A stretch of 64,000 bases of DNA from Schmidtea nova (lineage: Eukaryota): assembly GCA_044892505.1 (NCBI GenBank), contig CM097883.1, forward strand, positions 413,354,001 to 413,418,000, read 5' to 3'. Of this stretch, positions 25,301 through 36,406 are shown one piece after another. The stretch's first letter is position 1. Each line of letters starts with the position of its first letter. The notes beneath the pieces were generated by a model. That model saw only the letters and a program-made list of their open reading frames with translations, was not told where the DNA came from and ran no database searches. The translations under genes were made by a program, and so were the position numbers.

Positions 25301-25905
25301 ATATAGGACATTGACAATTTTGTGGAGTTCCGAGTTTGTAATCTAAAACTTTACAAGAAAACCAATAAAATCGATAAAACGAACATTGGCCACAAATATC
25401 GATAACAGTTACATTCTACTATGGCTCCCATCAACAACTCAACACATAAAACATTATTTAACCATCTTGTTGCCCGCTACAGTGAGCGTCGAAAAATTGA
25501 AACTATGATTGACCGTACATCTCAGTGGGTTCAAGTGCTACCGATAGAAGGTTTAGTGCCCATTTGAGTCTCTTATTCAACAGTTAATCCATAAACATTC
25601 AATAAGATTTTTAATTGGTAATTCAAAATAAATATTCACATCAATAAGAATTTATTTCTACATCAAAATGGATTTTTCAGAAAATTGAAACTTTAACTAA
25701 GCCAAATTCATGCAAGGGTCCATTTCAAATAAACGTAGCATATCAATAAGCACAACAAAATTATAAAAATCATGTCACCACAGTATCAAAGTGTTCGGTT
25801 TTGTAAAAATTTGTCCGTGGTTTTACTCCATAGGCCCTTCAGTTACAATGAATGTTAAATTGATCGATCAGTTGCGTCTAAAACGAATATTTTCTCAATT
25901 GTGTC

Positions 25906-27105
25906 CTATAAATCATTGAATTTTAGGGAAAACAAAATTTTATCTATTGTCAAGATTTCCGTACTTATCAGCTCTTCATCTTCACATATCTCAGTCTCCT
26001 CAAAGTTCTTCTTGAAAAACCTATTAACTTTTTCTACTACTCGTTTGTCCTCCTCTTCCTGCTTCTTCTCCTTATCCTCTCTATTCTTCCACAAGTCTAC
26101 TTCCTCTCTTCTTTTGTCCTTGTGGGAGTCTCCGACAGCTTTTAAAAAACCGCGCCGACAACGTCCTCTCCTGACGGGGCCATCTCGTTTGGGGCAAATG
26201 AGATCGTCTCTTCATCGTCTTCATAACTTTAATTTTTTATGTATGTAACTTGTCCATTGTACGTACCATTCTTGTTCCTTTGTGATTTCTTGTTCCTTTC
26301 GTTGTTTCCATTTTGTAATTTCCTCTTTGTTGTCAGTTATCTCTATGCATAATCCATATGTATAGCATGTAACAACTCTTTTTGTCTATTCGGGCAATCT
26401 CTCTGGATATGTCCTTGTTTTCCACTTGCATAACATGAAATAATTCTTCGTTGCCTATTTGGACATTCTCTCTGGGTATGTCCCTGTTGCCAACATCCAT
26501 AACACTCGATACTTCTCCGTTGTCGATTTGGACATTCCCTTTCTACATGGTCTTGATCTCCGCAACAAAAGCATTTTATAATATTATTATCTAGAGTTAC
26601 GTTCTCTCTATATCGTCTGGTTCTATTTTCCGGTTCGACATATCTATTATTTTTAATGGTGACATCTTTATAGCTTCTTTTTATCTCTTCTTCAGGTATT
26701 CTTTCCTTTACCGTGTAAATCTCTTCGCTCATCTGCTTAACTTCGTGTAATTTCTTGATCTTCTTTTCCGCGGAACAATGTACCAATAGCTGTTCTTCTA
26801 ATTTTTCTGCCGTCAATTAATGACTCATAACTTTGTCCACCAGACTCTTTATTTTTCCAAAATAAACCTTTGGTTCTTCATTAGTTTTCCTATATTCAAA
26901 CGCGGCTTTAATATCCTGAGCTATCGTGGTCTTCTTTCTATAAGCTATCCGAAGTTTTTCTCTATAATCTTTAATAGACGGATCAACTTGGAAATATTTT
27001 TCTTTGATCTCCTTGGGGATCTAGAGTCCTGCGATCATATCTTGTCGAAACCCAGTTGCAGAATAATGTCCTTAAAAGATTCATTGAAGAAATTTATTTC
27101 AAAAA
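25906..27105 (-). mobile_element. Degenerate LTR-retrotransposon gag (three CCHC zinc knuckles)
   Basis: ORF 26343-26816 has CFCCGDQDHVEREC, CYGCWQQGHTQREC and a degenerate third knuckle. Frameshifted gag-like coding sequence continues on both sides. Confidence 0.8.
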
Positions 27106-27106
27106 G

Positions 27107-27251
27107 CTGATTTAGTGGGCCCAGTACTACATAAAACAGAAAAGCATACAAATTGTTCGGCACCATTCATAAAGGAAACATACATTGATTGCATTCATCA
27201 AATATTTTCCATCACACATCCCAGTCGAAACATTTCGGACGTTTAAGTGGC
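27107..27251 (+). repeat. Diverged duplicate of the 20700-20847 exon-like segment
   Basis: About 145 bp with roughly ten substitutions, same open frame and same stop. The upstream polypyrimidine tract is replaced by the gag remnant. Confidence 0.85.
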
Positions 27252-27424
27252 TTTGCAAGTTACCACACAAGTTTATTTTTGAATGGTGATTAAAAAATAA
27301 AATTTTTCTAGATATTTTTGAACTAGCTTCCGGAACGCCGTTTTAGAAAATAGTTTAAATTAAAAATAATTATTATTACAATTATACTACTTATTAATTA
27401 CGTAAGATTAGATATGAGTTAAAC

Positions 27425-27847
27425 CAGCCATGCACAACCCGCGGCCCGATTTAACATAATTTTTTTTATATATTTTTTATAATAAATTATTTACTATACT
27501 AAGAAAAAAATAAATATGTATTTCAAATAACATAAATTTTATGTATTTTATGTATTTATGTACATTAATTTATTATGTCCCTTATAGTGATTAAAGGTAA
27601 AGGTAGCTACTACAAATATTACTCCATATGTAAAAAAGTTAGCATCTAATATGCAACCACAAAAATCACATTAAAATTAAGTTGTTTTTGATTAAGTTAC
27701 TAATATATTTTGAATTATTTTGAATGTGAATTTCCTTGTTTTTGTAATAAAGTATATATGTAATAATAATTGTTTCTAGTTTTTGTGATTGTCTAATCAA
27801 TAATTTTCTAATGCGGCCCACAACGTTGAAAAGGTTGTGCATGACTG
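27425..27847. mobile_element. Non-autonomous hAT MITE
   Basis: TIRs CAGCCATGCACAACC / GGTTGTGCATGACTG with a degenerate 8-bp TSD AGTTAAAC / AATTAGAC (6/8). Confidence 0.7.
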
Positions 27848-27961
27848 AATTAGACAGACAGGCAGAGGCATTTTATGCATATGATTACAATGTGTTTAAA
27901 TAATATAATTACAGAATTTTTAAATAACTCACAACTTTTTGGCGTCAAACAATTTAAAGTT

Positions 27962-27967
27962 TTTATT
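27962..27967 (-). promoter_or_regulatory. Candidate polyadenylation signal of the TRAF gene
   Basis: AATAAA on the minus strand about 50 nt after the TRAF stop codon. Confidence 0.35.
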
Positions 27968-28016
27968 TCACGTCAAATCACCAAAAATTCTTAGTTAAAG
28001 TTTTTTGGAAAACCCT

Positions 28017-31000
28017 TTAGTTGCGTTTCACGCTAAATTTTATAAATATTTGATCGCAAATACAAAGTGCAGCATTATTAACTATTTCTTTTAGTTCAAT
28101 AAATTGTGAAAATCCGTAACTTTCGTTTTTTTCATTTTCCGGTTTACAGAGTTCTTCAGTTAACGGTTGACTGCACAAGCTTCTAGTTTCAGTCACGTAA
28201 TCCAATTTTGTTGTCTGGTTTATTATTGCAAACGTGACTTCACATTTCATGGGCCATGATAAAATATCATCATACGGACCTTTCATAATACAGAAACATA
28301 TGGACAAATACCTAGCGTTCCTGTCTTCGCAATCCAAATCAGCATTGAGACACATTTTGTAGCCGTGCTTGAAAGCATAGAAAGGATCGCTATAAAGGCT
28401 AAAGTCCGTGTCAGTTTCCATTTGCTTGATTTTTTCAGAAAATTTATCAATTTTCCATATGAATTCATCACAATATTGCCGTTCTATATCATCTCTCATT
28501 TTAGATATTGTCATCTCTGTGTTGGGCTGGTGGAATAAAAAAAATTTGTAAAATATGGGACAAAGCAGAAAAAAACAAATAAATTGTTTAACAAATCAGA
28601 ATAAATTAGTAATAAATGTTTAAAAATAAATTCCAATATTAAGAAAAGTAAATAATTAAAATAAATTATAAAAAACAATTTTTATAAATAAATAAATTGA
28701 ATTAAATGAAGTAAATAACATTTGCATTGGCCACTGGCATTAATGTAATACCGATAATTGTTCACCAAGTGTGAGAGTAGTATGTCAGTCGATGGGTTGC
28801 CGCAGTTCGCAACGCATCGGTGGTTTGCATGGTTTCATTGGTGATGACTTGGTATTGTTGGCTAACGTGCTTTGATGTTGGTTGATAGCTGAATGATTTA
28901 GTGAGCGTTTGAAGTTGAAATGCGTGTTGGAACTAGTAACCAAAAATTTTTTTAGAATTTGCGTATATGCAGTCTCGACAGTGTCAACATGCGAGTGTAC
29001 ATGTAATGTCCGAGCGACTGGTTTTTAGGGTCGGTGATACGATAGAAAACTGCCACATAAACCTGCATGTTTTTGCTGACATTTCCAACCCCGTATCGGT
29101 GATGGAAGCACAGCCACTCAAAAATCGTATATATTTGCGTTGAAAATTCATTTTAAAAACAATTTTTTGAAACCAAAAATTTGTAACAGTGATTTCACCA
29201 GCCAGTTTTAATCACTGTGAGTTACTGAAGTATGTTTTGTTGTTATTTTTTATTATTGGAAGTGTTATATAAATTGTAATGACATTTAATATATATATTT
29301 CGAATGGCAATTTTACTTTCATTTGTTTTGGTTTTTTTATTTATGGGTTAACCCTCATAATATCCGGGGTAAAATATATAAGGACGACGACGGGTTGACT
29401 GGCCTCTCGACACTGACTCTTGGATCGATGTGGGAACGTTGAACCAAATTTGGGCGGGAGAAAAGAGCATTACAACTGAGTATTCATTGTTTTGGTGAAT
29501 TATTTTTGGATGAATAAAAGTAGATAGAAACATTTTAATAATTGATATATAATTTTTTGAGGATCAATAAAGGTAAATGTGTAATAGCAGGGAGTATTAA
29601 ATAATCAAGATGCAATTATGTGAGAGGATCGAAAAGTAAGCAGATGTGTAAGTCCTATCTTCAGCAAGAACCCGAAAGAGACAACAATGTTGCGTTTGTT
29701 AAAATAAAAAGAAAATAAAGTTAAATGTACAAATACGAAAATTGGAAAAATCATAATTAAAGTAAAAACATTAATTAAAAATTTATAAAAATTAAAATTA
29801 AAGATTGAAAGGGGGAAACTGGTATGGGAGGATGCCAAATGATGAGACAAATTCAAATATGGGTATATAAAATTAAAATGGTGCTCCAGAAAGAAATATT
29901 AAGAAAATACAAATTTATTAAAATAAATAATTACCTTATAGGAAACCTGAGCTAATGGGAAACCCGAACGATGTGAGAAATCCGGAGCATCAACAAATCT
30001 AGTATTTAGGGAAATAAATTGATAAGTTGAAGGGTGCCCGGTTGAAAGCCGCAAACTCACTTAGCGGCAACTCCCAATTTAAATAATAATTTGACAGATC
30101 CATTAAGGTGCGACAGAACAGAGCGACAAGGCACTATTTAAACTGAGAGCAATTTTTCGAGATTGCCAGTTGGTCAAAGAAAAACTTAAAGAGTTGAGCA
30201 AGAAATCGGAATGTAGGAAAAGCAACTGAAACGGTAATAAAAAGTAATAAATTATCGATCTATCAATTCCTGCGTACCAGAAAGGGAGATATCCCATTGG
30301 TTGCTCTACCCTACTGCAGAATGCAGAAAAATTCTAAATTTCTGTGATTTATAGTGTTGTTATTGAATCAAAAATAAAACTTATTGTGTTAGGTCTAATT
30401 TCTTGTCGTGATAAAAAGATAACACATGAGTCAGATACCACCGACTACTCGTTAATAACCCAACAATATAGTGAGGAGTAGTTTTGGCAATGGAACTCAC
30501 CTACTCATTAGATTATTGACACAGTGTACAGTACTAACATAGTTATTTGGGGAATAACTATGGGTACACGAGTGTGGTAGATTGATATTTATGTTGCGGT
30601 ATGGGTTGTATTAACCTTTAGAAATCGTTAATAATTTTCATAACAACACCCATACCACCCAGCATCTGTTTTTTTCTCAACTTTGCTTAGTTTTTGAATA
30701 TTTTCTCAAAACCCTTCGAGAATCTTTGCCTGCTCCTGAAAATTGTCATTAAATATTTTCTAAAATTAATTTCAAAAAATATTTATATTTTTAAAATATA
30801 TATTTTTACATTCAATGCATCAAATTGTTCAGTTAATATTTTGATGCCGACAACTCGGTATTATTCAACTAAATTGAAATAGTTTTTAGCGGATATTGTA
30901 AATTCATTATTTTGCTAACAATATATTCGTTGATAAACACACTGTACCGGAAGGGCCATCTAAACTTTAAAAAAACGACCCCTAAATGGATTGCGTTTTT

Positions 31001-34000
31001 TAATAGTACTATAGGCACAGATCTTGAAACAGTATATCTACAAAATCCTGATTGAGCTATTTAGGAGTAAAGCATAGAACGTTATAGTTTTAAGTTAATA
31101 TAAGTTATACAATGACAGTTCTATATATATTTATGTATATATTACAGAGTAATGAAAATAATTTTCTATAGTTTTAGACGGCGACACATTATGTAATATG
31201 TTTCAATAATAATATTTTTGGGTATTAAGTAGTAAACTATTCGTTTGTTTTAAAGTTCAAGTTTGCGCGGTGGTGTGATCTACAAGTCATTATTACAAAA
31301 GTACGGTGGTAAGATTGAGTGTCATATTTTATTTCATTTTTAAAGTAGGTATTTTGTTAAAATTACTTTATTAGTGCAATGTTTTTTTCAAATATAATAT
31401 CCATGTTTAGTATTCTAAAAATGAAACGCTAACGTTTAAAATTTTCTTTTCAGATGCCACTTCATGAAACCCGTGCATTGAATCATGAAGAAAACAGGAA
31501 GAAAGTAAACCTTATTTGCTTCAACAAATCAAACTGTAATATCACAGATGTCGTGTTAGCAAAAATTCGTCGTTACTTTATGCCAACTTACGAGATGACA
31601 AACCAAAATTTACCATGTGGAATGTGCAGCAGGTGTTGCTCTAATTTGATAGACATTAGTGACGGAAAGAAGTCTACCAGAGTACTACCGACACCTTTTG
31701 ATTTCCGTGTGATAGCGCTCTATACTACAGCAACTAGATCAGACCCGATTCCAGTTTGCGAGTATCAAATTTGCGAAAAAGCAAGGCAATCTGGGAAATC
31801 AATGTCAAAGGCAAAGAAGTGTCGCCCACGAAAAGACAAAAGTACAGCCTGTGGCCCACCGGAAAAAATCATGACTGTATGCAGTGCATGTCAGACTCGT
31901 TATGGGAGGAACATTCGTCACAAGTGTACGGTACAGGCTTTACGAAAGAACATTGTAGAATTGTGTGTATTTACAGATAGAAGAACGCAAGAATTGGCTG
32001 CTACTTCAATGATAAAACAATCGACTGAAGGATACAAAGTGTCAACCAAGGAGTTTTATTCTGGTGGTTCATACCCTCTGCAAGTTCAAGTTGGCTCTAA
32101 AGAAAGTCCGTCCATTGTGCAAGTTAGGGTAGATGGTGTTACGAAACTTCAAAATGTATTGTCAGCGTCTAACAACGATATGAAACGTAAAATTATACCC
32201 TTTGTTAGAAGCATGTTTGGCCGAACTTCAGTAGAATCATTCATTGGAGAACAACTTCAACGACGTGACAAAACATGTGCTGAATATTTTGATTGCCTTA
32301 GCCACGATTTTGAATGCACCTCTACCAACAAAGGAGTTGATGCGACTGCATCCTGTACAGTTGTTTACTGTAATGATGTTGTCGGACTGATAGACCTAGT
32401 CTGTGAGAAGAGAAATTTGGATAAAGAAAATTTTTCCATCAAGATTGAAATCGATACAGGTGGAGATTTTTTAAAATCCTGTCTAAACATTAGCAATGCT
32501 GAAACCACCAAAAAACCCATCACTAATCCGTCAAAGAGACTTATTGAAAAAGTCATGCTCGATACAAGCGTGAAGAAGCTCATTATCATCGCAATAGCCT
32601 ATAAGGTTAAAGAAACATATGAGAATGTTCGTTACATTCTAGAACTCTTAAAAATTGATGCTGGTTTTGAAGAGTCTATAAAAAAATTTGAGTCAGCTTA
32701 TATGAATACGGACATGGCAATAACAACAGCAGTACACATTGTTTGTGTTCACTTGATTCATTTTTGTAAACTTAAGAACTCCATCCTCGGCCGTTTCAAT
32801 GAACAAGCATCGGAGGTAGTATATACAGATTTTAAAGCCATGTGGATATCAGCTGGCAAAGTTAGTGAAAATCATGCCCATTTCAATAATCACCTTTTGG
32901 ACTGTATTATTCGCTAAAATTCTCGACACTTGTAACTGCTATGCTGCCATTACATTATAATTACCTTCCAGTCCATCTCCCTCTTTAGCCCGTTGTGTTT
33001 AACGAACTGTCCATCTGACAAGTCAACAATAAAGTGTACATATTATATGGATGGCTCATGTCATTGTTCTCATGTTTTCATGTGACAAAAATGTGCGTAC
33101 GGTTTAAATAGTTTTGCTTCAATATCATTTTACAGATTTTCGTCAATTGCTCGTTAATAGCTCAATCAGGATTTTGTAGATATACTGTTTCAAGATCTGT
33201 GCCTATAGTACTATTAAAAAACGCAATCCATTTAGGGGTCGTTTTTTTAAAGTTTAGATGGCCCTTCCGGTACAGTGTGTAAAGCAATAAAACGAATTTT
33301 ATTTCCCGTAATGTATACCGGACTGAATTTCAATTTTTTTTACTTTAATTTGTCAACAAATTGAAATTTTTCGAATTTCTTTATATTTTTATAAAAGCTT
33401 AATTAGATCTTTATCCTATATTAAATATCAACAAGCCATTGGTAAAGTAATGTATTATTGTTTTAATATGTATATGAATACAAGTTTGGTATCAAGAAAA
33501 GTAGTTTAATGTGTGCAGAGTGCTATGTAGAATTGCTTGAACCAAATTGTTTTTAGTTACAAGAAAAGTAGTCAACCTATTTGAAATTACTGATGTCTAC
33601 AGAATAGGAGGAAAAAATATAGAATAAATGTACATGTAGACGCAATCAAGATTAAATAATGGATCGAAAGACAATTAATTTATGACAATATAATTATGAC
33701 AATTTATCAATTTACAATTTGTGATCTTGCGAAAATTTATTGACATTTTTTTATTTTATGATGATGGACATAATTAATTATTTAATTTTATGTAATTTAG
33801 AAAAAGAATCTTTTGTTTTGAAAATATTTTCTGTAAATTAATGTTTTTAACTATTTGTAAAACGGTTTATATTTTGATTTATATTTTAATTCAATAAAAT
33901 AAAGATTGATGTTCAATTTTTTGGGGTGTAATTTTTATTTAAATTAAAATTTAACTAAACACTACCAATTTTAGAAAAAAATAATGGGATTATCGAAGTT

Positions 34001-36029
34001 GACTAATCTCATGTATTTACCAGAAAATATCTTATTGGGAGAGTACTTGTTAAACAATCCGTTTGGGTAGTTGGTGCACGACAAAGAAGGACCAACTTTT
34101 GTAGGTTTTTGACATATTTGTCATACAAATACAATTGAAAGATGTTGGAGATCCTTAAAAACTTATATTCCAAATTCGACCAATGTTGATAACATAGACT
34201 TATATATTAATAAATTCGTCTTTGATAATCTATACGATGGAATCAATTCGAGTAACATTTTTTAAAAAATAATGTGAACTTATTTCAGATCATTTTAGTT
34301 AAATAAATTATTTCATTAATTTTTTTGCTTTTTATTATTATTAAAATTTTAATATAAAAAATTTATATAAAAATTACTACCCCCCAAAATTGAACATCAA
34401 CTATATTTATGATCTACAAAGGTCAGCAAAATGAAATAATATACTAAAGATAAAAAAAATTCTGTTTTGAAAACAATTTCAATCAACTCAAGTAGAAAAA
34501 TAACAAACATTATTGGCAGATTAAGTGCCTTCAAAATTAGTATATAAACTCACTAATTTTTCAGTCAAATCACCCAAAAAATCTTCGCTTAAGAAGAATT
34601 AAGAAGAAGATAATTGTATAATATGTAAAATTTAACAATCACTGACCACTGAATTGGATTTAACAATTAACAAATTGATTTCGGTTTTCTCATGCTCTGA
34701 CTTTGTAATTGATTCAATAGGTTTCGACTCTTCTTATTCGACTAACCTTTGTTTAGCTATGTTCAATTTAATCTTCTCAAATTCACATATTCCAATAATA
34801 TGATTTTAATTGACTTAATATGTTTCTTTTACAATCTGCTCTACTACACTGTCGATTTCTCCAATCTAATTTTCTCTTTTCTAAGTATTATTTTTTCAAT
34901 TTTAACTTCTAACTACTGATTCATCTGTTGTGGTTTCTCCCTTTTATAGCTCGTTATTTTCTGGTACTTGAGATTATTTTTGTCTTTCCAATTTCATTGC
35001 CTCTAGAATACTCCACACTTTCCTCACTGCTTCCGAATTATCTCTGATAACTGTTGAGATATGTAATATTCCTTTTGTTTTTCAACTTTGGAATTAGTTT
35101 CTCCCTTTTTGTACTTACTAATTATCAATAACCTTTTCTTGCTTTATTGATTGATTTCTTTTATTTTGCTAATACTTTCTCATTTCATAATTTTTGCTCT
35201 TCTTTCTTCTCCGAGTTCCAGAACATGTCTCGTTTACCCTGTCAATTCCCCCCCTATTATTTTCTTTCTTTATTATATTATTTAATTTTATTATTTAGAT
35301 ATCTCAACAAGTTTAGTGTATTGTAATAAAAATATCTTTTGATCTATAGTCATACCATTATGGAAATTATTGATATAAATAAAGAGATTAAATGTGAAAC
35401 AAAAAGATAATCATGAAAGTAAAAAACTACATTAATTTTGCACTAACCTAATAATATTTTATATGATTATTAGGTGGGCTGTTAAAAGCTACTTTAATAT
35501 ATTATTCAATTTTTTAAAAATTAAATAAAAATTTTACTTTCAAAGTTTTAAACTCCAAATCCATCTTTTCTATTTTAGATTCTAAAGATTTGATTTGATC
35601 TTTTAACGCATTTATTTCATTTTGATTCGCTGATGATTTGTATTGTCGTTTGTTGCATATCTCCAAATGTTGATCCATATTAATTAGTTCACAACTGTAA
35701 TTGCAAAGGTTTCGTGGGCAAAGAACTTTTAATTTTGATATTTTGATATTTATTAATTGATCGACTTTCAAATTTTCATCGAAACTTAATGTTTCCTTTT
35801 GGCATTCTTCTTCTTTTGTTGGGCATGGCTTCTCTTGTCCTTCTAAATATTTGCTGATACACTGATAGCAATATCGGCATCTGCACGGACCAATGAATGC
35901 ATTAATTAACAAATGCTTACAAATTGAACAATTGAATTCATCAATTGACGTTTTTGTATCTTCCAGTTGAAAGTCATTCTCAAGCATTAATTTCCAAATT
36001 TTTCTATATTTAACTTTTAACTCCGACAT
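28017..36029 (-). CDS. TRAF: TNF receptor-associated factor (RING - zinc finger - coiled coil - MATH); two coding exons, exon 2 disrupted by an LTR
   Basis: Exon 1 is 36029-35538 (RING CSICKHLLINAFIGPCRCRYCYQC...CP, zinc finger CPRNLCNYSCELINMDQHLEIC, phase-0 donor AAA|GTAAAA). MATH region is 28514-28017 (FIWKIDKFSEK, SDPFY...GYKMCL, LSICFCIMKGPYDDILSWP, YGFSQFI, DQIFIKFSV). Phase-0 acceptors exist at 30735 (ancestral) and 28526 (LTR-derived). Predicted about 333 aa via the 28526 acceptor. Confidence 0.85.
28520..30664 (+). mobile_element. Solo LTR (about 1.0 kb net) inserted in TRAF exon 2, containing a nested LTR
   Basis: Termini TGTTGGG...CCCAGCA with a perfect 4-bp TSD TCTG (28516-28519 and 30665-30668). 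The 3' part matches the family block at 16560-16875. Removing it restores a continuous TRAF reading frame. Confidence 0.8.
29341..30465 (-). mobile_element. Nested LTR-like element, opposite orientation
   Basis: Right end TAACCCAACA is the reverse complement of the TGTTGGGTTA start at 21238 and 62750. The block at 29810-29930 is the reverse complement of 63400-63520. The left end is degenerate; flanks TTAT / ATAT (3/4). Confidence 0.5.
30938..33279 (+). mobile_element. Chapaev-type (CMC group) DNA transposon, internally deleted
   Basis: Perfect 124-bp TIRs (30938-31061 and 33156-33279) starting CACACTG, with a 4-bp TSD TAAA. CAC termini plus a 4-bp TSD are characteristic of Chapaev. Confidence 0.85.
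31454..32917 (+). CDS. Chapaev-like transposase, 487 aa, lacking the central catalytic segment
   Basis: N-terminal Cys/His motifs (HEENRKKVNLIC, LPCGMCSRC, CEYQIC, CSAC...HKC), first catalytic block KIEIDTGGDFLKSC, and C-terminal block VHIVCVHL...LGRFNEQASE. No D-x-K / H-x-x-x-PC segment between them. A splice acceptor sits directly before the ATG. Confidence 0.75.
   Translation: MPLHETRALNHEENRKKVNLICFNKSNCNITDVVLAKIRRYFMPTYEMTNQNLPCGMCSRCCSNLIDISDGKKSTRVLPTPFDFRVIALYTTATRSDPIPVCEYQICEKARQSGKSMSKAKKCRPRKDKSTACGPPEKIMTVCSACQTRYGRNIRHKCTVQALRKNIVELCVFTDRRTQELAATSMIKQSTEGYKVSTKEFYSGGSYPLQVQVGSKESPSIVQVRVDGVTKLQNVLSASNNDMKRKIIPFVRSMFGRTSVESFIGEQLQRRDKTCAEYFDCLSHDFECTSTNKGVDATASCTVVYCNDVVGLIDLVCEKRNLDKENFSIKIEIDTGGDFLKSCLNISNAETTKKPITNPSKRLIEKVMLDTSVKKLIIIAIAYKVKETYENVRYILELLKIDAGFEESIKKFESAYMNTDMAITTAVHIVCVHLIHFCKLKNSILGRFNEQASEVVYTDFKAMWISAGKVSENHAHFNNHLLDCIIR
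33906..34400 (+). mobile_element. Degenerate Merlin/ISXO2-like element
   Basis: Imperfect TIRs of about 40 bp (TTGATGTTCAATTTT..GGGG.GTAATTTTTAT). Remnant HTNTIERCWRSLK resembles the H-T-x-x-I-E-x-x-W motif of Merlin/IS1595 transposases. Confidence 0.55.
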
Positions 36030-36406
36030 ATTTTCAAATGACTAATTGTGAGAAAGAAATCAATACAACAACATTTGGAACTGCAATTTAATTGGTTAAT
36101 CATAATTGGCAGAGTTAGTTACTCAGGCACATTTCGAGCGGTTTCCCTTCAAAAGTCGTTCATTAGAATATTGGGTATAATTTTGTGTAATAAACGTATA
36201 TACCGTCAATTGAAATCTATTCCAAATGTATGCGTCGGGTTTCAGGTTGAGCTTTCACCAGTTTTTAAATTTACCGATAAAATGGAGAAAAATAAACAAT
36301 TTACCGATAATATCGGTAGAAATGGTAAATTTCTAAAACAAATTAATCGCTGGGCGCAAAATCACGAAAACAACAATATCCCGTATTTCCAAACACGTCA
36401 AAACTC

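Noticed and set aside
20700-27251. The two repeats of about 145 bp as LTRs of one retroelement
   Set aside because: No TG...CA ends or TSD, they enclose a host gene, and the first copy behaves like an exon.
30938-33279. Transib/RAG-like assignment from the RSS-heptamer-like terminus
   Set aside because: The TSD is 4 bp (TAAA), not the 5 bp of Transib, and the N-terminal motifs fit Chapaev.
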